Shown in pieces: positions 55,045 through 64,000 of a stretch of DNA of 64,000 nucleotides. A program made the position numbers and the translations under genes. Position 1 is the first letter of the stretch. The number at the start of each line of letters is the position of its first letter. Under the pieces are notes generated by a model that was not told where the DNA came from, did not search any database, and was given only the letters and a program-made list of their open reading frames with translations. This DNA comes from Eledone cirrhosa (Eukaryota), in assembly GCA_964016885.1 (NCBI GenBank), contig OZ024743.1, forward strand, positions 10,230,001 to 10,294,000, in the 5' to 3' direction.

Positions 55045-57163
55045 ATGGCTACAAAAAAGAATTTTCACAAGTCACTCCCACTCTTTCCGTCTTCTTCCTC
55101 AATCGTCATTACATCAGAGAGAAGATTGTCTCTCTCCCTCCCTTCTCTAAATGTGGTGTCGCCTCTTTCGCAAGCGACGCCTTTAAAGAAAAAGAAAAAT
55201 ATAGTTTCTGGTAGCTTTCACCAAGAGAACGTGCATACCGTGGAACATTTCTCCACGACGTCGACAACGACAAAAAATGTGTGCGGTAAATACGGAAAGC
55301 CATTTCATTCGTCTGACGTCATGAAGAATAGCAGCAGCAGCAACAGCCGTAATAACAGCAGCAGCAGCAGCAACAGTGAAAAGGAAAACACTAGTAGCAG
55401 CCGCAACAACATCACCAGCAGCATAAACAACAACAGCAGCAACAGCAACAACATCAGCAACAACAACAACAACAACCACAGCAACAGCGGCGGCGGCGGT
55501 CGTAGTACCAGTAGCAACAACAAAAGTAACAGCAGCTCTGACGACAACAACAACAACAAGAAAGAAAAACCAATCTCGTTTGCAGGTATCGCAAAGAACC
55601 TGGAAACCGTCCTTATAACAAATGAGGAATTACAGGAAGCAAAGAAGATGGTGACGAAAACCGGACACCGAGTAATCTGCAAGGCAGCCGAAAAAATGTT
55701 CGAAACCCAACAGCACAATACGGTCACGTACCGTACAGTAAGCACAAAATCACGTAGGATTGAAAGAGCCACAGAGGCTCAAATACAAAAAGCCTTAGGG
55801 TCTGTGTGGCAGCGGAAAACGCATATCACCCGAGGCAAGAAATATGCCACCGTCGACGTGCTTTTTGCCACACCCCAGGAGGCAAAGGCTCAATCCTTAG
55901 TGACCCTAAGGAGCGAGGAAATTGTGTTGGTGCCCTCCTAGTGCGGGCAAAATATTGTGAGAGTCAAACTGACCCAGGTCCCCCACTCCCACCCCGGGAT
56001 GGCCCCTTCTTGGCTGGCCGCATCTGTCCTCGTCGGAATCGAGGACAAAACAACTGTACTGCAAGTACAGAAAAAAGCACGAGAAGATTGGGTCGGCACC
56101 TCCATTGAGATGTTAATTCAAACCAACCAGGAGTGCATCGAAGCTATCCCGGATGTGATAGACTTCGATAACGGCACTCAACTTCCCATAAGTGTTGAGG
56201 GCAAACGCCCGAAATGCTTTCGCTGTGGGTCGAAGACTCACCTCAGGGCCTTCTGCAATGAGAAGACCCTGAGAAAGAAGAAAACCCTCCTCCTTCCGAA
56301 ACCGGCTCCACTGCTACCAGCAACAGGACAGGCGGCAAGCAGGAAGGATCGGTCCGTGGCACCCATACCCACGCCACGGAAATCAAGAACAGCAGCAGCA
56401 GCAGTGGAAGTATTAACAACGACAAAAGTAATACCAACTGCAGCTGCAACAGATACTCCACCGCAACCATCACCAACAAGAACAAGTTAAAGAGTGGAGG
56501 TGGTACCCCTCCCCGACCTCACAGAATCGGACATGGAGTGTGAGGTGGGAGAGTGATGGCAAAAGGTCGCAAGAAGGCACAAACGCAGAAGCAGCGCATT
56601 GTCACCTTCGAAAAAGGAGGGAAGAAATGAAAAAAAGGGTAAAGGCTACTGCAAAGAGACTTACAGCAGCAACACCCCCAACACCATCACCACCCACATT
56701 AGCACCACCATCACCACCGGCGGCAACCCCACCGCCAACAACAACAACACCTTCAACACCCCCACCACAAGCACCAACATCGCAAACACAACAACAAAAC
56801 ACACACACCGAGCAACAACGACAAGAAAATAGCAGAACCACACCCCACCCCCAGAAAGAGAAATGCACAGCAATAAATACACACAACAAGAAACTAATGA
56901 CTTACATAATTGAACACACAGACATTTCACAGCACGACTACATAATACCAGCAACAATCAAAACACCAACGAACATAAGACTATCACAGAAACAATACAC
57001 AAACATTAAAATGAAATTCCCCAACGCAGTTGGTGATTTCAGAGACCTAGGAGGGATACTCAACTGGAGAGTATATTCGGATATACTCACAGAAGAGCCG
57101 ACGACCAGCCGACGACCAGCCGAAGGGACGATTCAACGGTCCCTTCACCAGACGATCAAGTGA
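55045..57163 (+). pseudogene. Tx1-like ORF1 (disrupted), nucleic-acid-binding protein with zinc knuckle
   Basis: ATG at 55045, S/N low-complexity tract, SFAGIAK motif. The in-frame TAG at 55939 is followed in the same frame by VEGKRPKCFRCGSKTHLRAFC (CX2CX4HX4C). A further stop/frameshift lies near 56490-56560, then a P/T-rich tail. Confidence 0.8.
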
Positions 57164-57241
57164 AAAGGGATGGAGAAACCATCCTTCCTTTACGAGAAGT
57201 AAGGTAAGTGGTCTTTCCCATCTTTTCCACTCCATTTCAAC

Positions 57242-60200
57242 ATGACCTCACTCAGAATAGGCAGCATAAATGCGCGTGGCTTGGAGTCGTCATGGAAGCA
57301 GGGCCACCTGCTCAACGACCTCAGGTCACTAAACATAGATGTAGTGGCCATCAGTGAGACCAGAATCTCCGAAGCACGGGCCTTCGCACCGATCTTCGGC
57401 AGCTACGATGTGTACGCATCTCCCAGCCGTCCTGGATCGGGGGGGGGGGGGGGGGAAGTTGCTGTGCTTTTTCGGAAAGGTTTGGATCTCGCCATACGGG
57501 CCATCATCCTGGACACAGAAGGTAAGTTGGTGGTGCTGGACGTGACCAGCGGAGACGGGCAAGCTTTCAGGCTAGTGGCCGTCTATGCCCCGACAGGAGC
57601 AGGGCGGCCTGATTTCTTCCGACGTCTGGAGATCTTTCTTGGAACGTCCCGCTCTTTAGTGTTAGTGGGCGACTGGAACGGGATCTTAGATGCATGCTGG
57701 GACTGTGTGGGATTAGCGGATAGGGTAGGAGGGTGCAAGAGCCTCACCAACCTTCTCAGGCGTTTTGAACTGTCTGACAGGTACCGATTGGATTTCCCGA
57801 ATGTGCCAATGTGGACTTGGACAAACCGCATCGGGTCATCCAGATCATATCTAGATAGAGTATTTTGTAGGGAAATAGATAGGTCTAGCATAGGCTGTCC
57901 ACAATTCAAGATAGTCAGCTACACAGAGCATAAATTCGTGATCTGTGTGCTTGACTTAGATAGGCTTCATAGACGAGGACCCGGCTACTGGAAGCTAAAC
58001 GCGTCCTTACCAGCGCGCTTGGCCTACAGAGACCGGATTAGCGAACTTGTTAAGCGGGTGTTGACGGGAGCAATCGTCAACAACAAGTGGTGGTTTTCTC
58101 TGAAAAGAGCGATTAGAATAGAGTCCATTAGGTTTAGTAAGGCTTTAGCTATAGAGAAAAATAGAGCAGAGGGAGAATTAGTTAGAAAATTAGACGAGGC
58201 GCTTAGCAAAGGCATCGCGACCGACGTACTTGCGGCGAAATTGGCCCTTGACCAATTCTTCAATGCGAAACACGAAGGCTGCGTTGTCAGAGCTAGGGTG
58301 CGTGCTCTCAGACACGAGGGGACGAAAGCCGTTCAATGGGCCCGAGTGGCGGAGGCGCGTCCTGTTAACAAAGCCACGATCTGGTCTTTGGTCGACCACG
58401 ACGGGCGCATGATACTCGATCCCGGGCAAATGTGTGAAGCTTTTCAGCGACACTCCGCTCAGCTGATCGGAGGCAGCGGTGGGCCGAATCGAGGGATGGA
58501 CTTTAGTGTCTACCTCGACGGGCCGCTGCGGCTCTCGGCCGCTGAGGCGGAGTGTTGCGAAAAGCCGATAACAGCCACTGAAGTACGGGAGACAATGACT
58601 GGCTGCACAAGGGGTAAATCGCCTGGTCTGGATGGTCTGCCCTATGAACTTTACGTACAGATGCCAGACTTGTTCGGAGGCCTCTTGGCGGACGTCTACT
58701 GCAACTGGCAGCTCTGTGAGCCGAGGAGCGGTGGCGCTGCTGAGAAAGGATTCGAACAGGGGGATAACATAGATAATTTCAGGCCCATAACTCTGCTAAA
58801 CACAGAGTTCAAGATTTTGGCCAAGGTGTTAGCAAAGAGGTTGGCGCTTGTTTTTGGTGGTCTGGTGGGAGAGGCGCAGACATGCGTCATTCCCGACAGA
58901 TCCATCCACGACAACCTCCACCTCATGCGATACATCGTGGAGAGGGTAGCTAGGGAACCTGGCACGGGTGGGTCCTTGATAAATTTAGATCAGTCGAAAG
59001 CTTTTGATAGGGTCGACCATCGATACCTAGCGGCAGTCCTGAGGGCGGCTGGTTTTGAGCCCGTCTTCAGAGGCTGGATCGCAGCCATGCACAGCGACAT
59101 CTGCTCTGTGGTGAGAGTGAACGCTTACCTTTCGGAACCGTTCATCATGCGCTCGGTCCGCCAAGGATATCCCCTCTCGTCCCTCTTGTACGTATTGACT
59201 CTCGAGCCATTACTGCACAAACTGGAGACGTTGAAGGGGGTCCCGCGTGAACTAGGATACGGAAGATCTGTGTCAGCATATGCGGACGATGTCACCGTAG
59301 TGGTGTCGAACGCCAAACACATCGAGGCGATCGGCACTACACTAAGAGAATACGAAGCGGTGACAGGAGCAATGATCAACCAGGAAAAGTCAGTGGGCCT
59401 GCAGCTCGGCACCTGGAGAGGCAGGTCCATGCCATCCAACAGCATCGTCGGGCGCTGGACGGACGGACCTGTTAAATTGCTAGGGGTCTGGTTCGGTCCG
59501 GACCTCCAGACGGACAAAAACTGGGACGAGGTGACGAGCAGGGTGGCTTCTCTCACCCAGAAATGGGCGGAGAGGAAGCTATCCCTGAAAGGTCGAGCGG
59601 AGGTGGCTAACGCGTACATCGCGTCCGTCATCTACTACCACCTGACCGTCGTACCTTGTCCTAAGCCCTGCCTGACTGCGCTGGAGCGTTTGCTCTTTCA
59701 CTGTTTGTGGAAGGGACGCGCTCCAATGGTCAGGCGGTCCATCTGCTGTCAACACCCGCTACAGGGAGGGCTCGACATGCCGTGGCTGATGATGCGCAGA
59801 CACGCGCTCAGGCTACGACATCTCCACCTCTTCCTCGACGGTGAACAGGTGTGGTCGCCGTTTGCTAGACGCGTCTTTCCCCAGCTCGTCTCCTTGATGG
59901 AGCTGCAGTCCTGGGTCAAGCGAAGACCGAGAGGGAGCGCTTGGAGACTGGAATGTCTTCAGGCGCTCACAGCCCTCGACCAATCGGGCAATGTGATCGG
60001 TGGAAACTCCACCTCGGCGTTCTACAGAGGATTAGTGGAGGGGAAGAGCGATGACGTATTTGGGGAAACTCTAGGCGTCGACGAAAATCAACTAGCCAAT
60101 CTCTTCGGAAGAACTTTCAGGCGGGGGGCTATGGACAACTTCCAGAAATCCCTGGCCTGGCAGTGCTGCCGAGGAGCTTTGCCAGTTCGGGATAAACTCT

Positions 60201-60646
60201 ACAGGCATGGAGGTGCCGTCAGCTGGGCATGTCCGAGATGCGCGTAGGGCGACGAAACCGTCCTGCACGCACTCGTCCAGTGTCCGAGCATTGCTGACTT
60301 GTGGGTTTATGTCGAACACCTGCTGTCGCGTGTAGGACGGATCTGGCTATCAGCTGAGTCCATCGTGAGGATTGCCCCGCCCTCTTCCTTTAACCAGGAA
60401 GGGCAGGCAGTTTGTATCTGTCTGGTGGCCATGGCGAAAGAGATAGTATGGTGGACACGTTTGAAAGGGCTGAAGACGAGCACTTACCTCTTCGGTGATG
60501 CCCTGATTAACTTTTTCAAATTTCAATTGAAAAGGAAAATCAGAGTAGAGAGGGAAGTGCTCTCTTCCCAGCATTTTGTTAAAAGATGGGTGAGAGAAGC
60601 AAGTATGGCCCGAATGAATGGGCCTTCTCTGAGTATGTGTCTGTAA
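57242..60646 (+). pseudogene. Tx1-like ORF2 (APE endonuclease + reverse transcriptase + C-terminal Cys/His finger), disrupted
   Basis: SINARGL, ISET, VYAP, GDWN, SYLDR, YWKLN, KSPGLDGL, FRPITLLN, LDQSKAFDRV, VRQG.PLS, AYADD, LLGV. A premature TAG at 60245 falls inside CPRCA*GDETVLHALVQC and the frame continues to 60646. Confidence 0.93.
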
Positions 60647-60925
60647 ATTAAAGGTGGAAAACTGGGAGAGGGCACTTGCCCTGGTGGTCAGAGTCACTGT
60701 GGCCTTTTAATGGGGTTTCTCCACAAATGTCCCTCGAAAGTCTCCCCCCTATTGGGGAATTTTTCATTGTTATTTTTTGTTACATCCTCTGTTTTTGTTT
60801 TTTTCACGCAGAAATGCCCATTTGTACCGTCCTGTATTATCCTGTATTGTCCTGTACTGTCCTTAATGTCTACTTTATGTAAACCCTTGTGGTTAATAAA
60901 GAAAGCATTATTATTATTATTATTA

Positions 60926-60956
<31 letters not shown>

Positions 60957-62062
60957 GAAATCATATTGTATTTTAAAAATTATTTAGTTGTTTTTTTTTA
61001 TTTGTAAATATATGCATGTAGCTTGCTTCGCTTTATCAAATGTCTGTTGAGTTTCATTATCCCATTGATTAATTCTTAGTTGATGTGATGATCAACATTT
61101 CATAAGATAAATCATGTTTAATGTTTGTAAATTTGATTTTGGCGAATATATATTAATCAGAGTTACAGCTAGCCTAATAGATATATCAGGTTAAGGGTTG
61201 AAAGGTCAGTGACCCACATCTCTTTATCAGGATTACATTTCCTCCGTGGCCAAAACAATTATCTCTCATTGACTTAATTCTTCTAGTTATGTGTAAGTTT
61301 AATTTATATTCAGTACATGAAGAGTAATGTTTAATTATAAACTGTTTCATTAGCTTGCAAATACGACATTAAGTGCTCTTTGAGTAAAGAAAGAAAATAT
61401 AATTTCCTACACTTCATTGTTTTTTATACAATTTGATCATCTTTAAGCAATACCTTTGAAGGCAAAAGGTATATAAAAACAACTATAACCATTAAATATG
61501 GACATCTGTAGGCAGATATTTTAGCATCATGCTTTTATACATTGCTAATGTGGAACAATGTTTGAAATGCAATAATACTAAATTCTGTAATATTTGATAT
61601 CATCTAAATCATATATTACCAATTTAGAGACCATATTTGAACTAATAATTGAGGATTAAGTAACTTCTTTTATGAGAAACAAGTAACATTCTGTTTGTAA
61701 TTTTGAGAAAACTAGGAAACCACTTGAAAGCTTAGATCATATAAAATTTGCTCTAAAATGTTTGCCATTACAGCAAAATTGTAGTTGTTCATGAGACATA
61801 AGGATTACTATATTTTAGAGAATTTGTGACATTTATATCTTTCCCAGAGCTCCTAATTTAAATGAAGTGGTCTCAACTGAAAATCAAAAGCCCACCACAA
61901 ACTCAGGTTCATTAAAATTACAGCGTGTGTAGCAATCACACTTATCCTCACCCATATTATTTTAAATCCATCTTTCAACAAGCACACACACACATGCATA
62001 TATATATATATACATATATATATATGTGTATATATATATGTATATATATATGTATATGTATA

Positions 62063-62437
62063 TCACCTTGATCACCTTGACAGACCAGTCTGTCGGGCGC
62101 CATTCGGTGCCGCTGGTGACAGCCATCCCATTGGCTAGGCAGGCAGGCCATAAGTCTAAAGTCTGTCTTAAGCCAGAAGGCTCATTTGGCCGGTCTTTAT
62201 CCTGGTTTCATGGCGTGAAACGACTGAGAGTACAAAACTCCCCCCTGGACAGGATGCCAGACCATTGCAGGGTTAAACCTCCAGCTATTGCTGGTACTCA
62301 TTTTCAGCTGAGTAAACTGGAGCAACGTGAAATAAAGTGTCTTGCTCAAGGAAACAACACATCACCTGGTCCGAGAATTGAACTCACAACCTTTCTATTG
62401 CAAGCCTACTGCTCTAACCACTAAGCTAAGCCATGCG
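62063..62437 (-). mobile_element. Full-length tRNA-derived SINE family B (V-domain-like) with a caaggtgat tandem tail, in (TA)n
   Basis: Minus strand: gcatggcttagcttagtggttagagc...gtgagttcaattctc...ccttgagcaagacactt...aaccctgcaatggtctggcatcctgtccagggggg...gtcaaggtgatcaaggtgat. Confidence 0.85.
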
Positions 62438-62445
62438 TCTTCACA

Positions 62446-62533
<88 letters not shown>

Positions 62534-62568
62534 TATATGTATACATATATATATATATAAATATATAT

Positions 62569-62800
62569 GAAAAGTGTAATTTTCTACACAAAACGAAGGT
62601 TATAGAGAAAATTGAGGTTGGTAATGGCACATGGAATATATAAGAGACAGAATACTTTTTTGTGAAAAAACATAATTTTATAAGGTAAGGAAATAATAAA
62701 GGGTATAAAAAATGACCGGTTTCGATGGGTCTGCAAAAGCCATCTTTTCAAATGTTGATTAATATTAAGAAAAATTAATAATACGAAGAGTTAAAATTTG
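62569..62800 (-). mobile_element. PLE pLTR relic with a degenerate hammerhead (62709-62756)
   Basis: Minus strand: aacat TTGAAAA gatgg...ccatc GAAA ccgg TC atttt. Stem II, GAAA, the ACCGGT palindrome and GUC are intact, but the CUGANGA core is mutated. Ends at (TA)n. Confidence 0.55.
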
Positions 62801-63069
62801 AGACTTGAAAATTCAAGTATAAAATTCATTGTGGGATTTCATAGCAGTTTTCATCTAGGTAGCAACAACAGGTTGACTGCTGTGTCCCTTTCTGGTAGTG
62901 AATGAGAAGTTATTTAGGGTGTGGGTTATTTTATAAAGGTCAGATTTAGCAATCACCAACTGGCCAGCTGCTGGTCAGTGAGGGGGTGGAAGCAATATAC
63001 ATACACATATCTTCCTGTGATGGGTAGGAGAGTGGAGCGTGATAGAAAGGGATTTAGTGCACTTACACC

Positions 63070-63484
<415 letters not shown>

Positions 63485-64000
63485 GCAGTTCCAGGCTGCC
63501 CCTTGTATAGGAGCACATTTTGGAATAGAATAGAAAGAACTAGGAACAAGGCCAATAGAATAAACTCATGGTATGATAGCAATAAATACCAGAGTGTAAT
63601 GTTCATCAATACAACCCCTAGAGGCGAACTAGCCTACAAATTTAGAAGGGCCCTAAATAAACATAAACTCAATATTAAGATAGTAGAAAGACCAGGTACC
63701 TCCGTAAAAACACTTATTAGCAAGACATACCCGTTCCAAAGACCCTCATGTATAGATAAGAAATGTATAACCTGTAAAATAAGCCCCCATATTAACTGTA
63801 AAACTAGAAATGTAGTGTATAGCATAAGATGTACTGAAGGACAATGTAGAAACAAAAATATAGTGTACATAGGTGAGACAGCTCGTAGTATAGGGGAACG
63901 AATAAATGAACACTGGCGAGACCTTCAAGATAATAAAGAATCATCTGTGCTCTACCAACATGCTAAGATAGAACACAGGGGTAGATTAGAGAACATAGAA
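63485..64000 (+). mobile_element. 5'-truncated PLE, Nematis-like linker + GIY-YIG, open frame running off the window end
   Basis: 172 codons without a stop: [13 protein letters not shown]...[13 protein letters not shown]...IKIVERPG...PFQRPSCIDKKCITC...CKTRNVVYSIRC...C...YIGETARSIGERINEH...SVLYQH...H. Confidence 0.85.

Larger units (their letters stand above)
54866..60907 (+). mobile_element. Near full-length Tx1/L1-clade LINE inserted in (ATT)n
   Basis: Two ORFs: a gag-like ORF1 with CCHC knuckle and ORF2 with APE-RT-CCHC. Short 3'UTR with aataaa. (ATT)n at both ends. Confidence 0.93.

Overview
AT-rich, gene-poor eukaryotic DNA made almost entirely of retroelements and simple repeats. The SINE, RTE and microsatellite landscape looks like a coleoid cephalopod such as Octopus (inference). 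No host protein-coding exon could be supported. Main contents: (1) an 18.7 kb array of two units, ATTACC and TATTACC (5301-24024), lying inside one decayed Penelope-like element (PLE), with RT on its left and linker plus GIY-YIG on its right; (2) about 11 further PLE copies or pseudo-LTRs (pLTRs), mostly Naiad-like plus one Nematis-like, inserted in (TA)n tracts, carrying minimal type I hammerhead ribozymes readable by eye, and often with inverted 5' pLTRs; in four copies the inverted arm stops 3-4 nt before a TACTCC...GAGT motif; (3) a near full-length RTE LINE (41993-45968, minus strand) and RTE 3' fragments; (4) an (ATT)n-associated pile-up of R4/Dong-like LINE ends, a near full-length Tx1/L1-clade LINE (54866-60907) and many copies of a tRNA-derived SINE that shares its 3' end and ATTATT target with that Tx1 LINE. 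All translations, alignments and folds were done by hand, so element boundaries are approximate and clade names come from motif recall, not from database searches.
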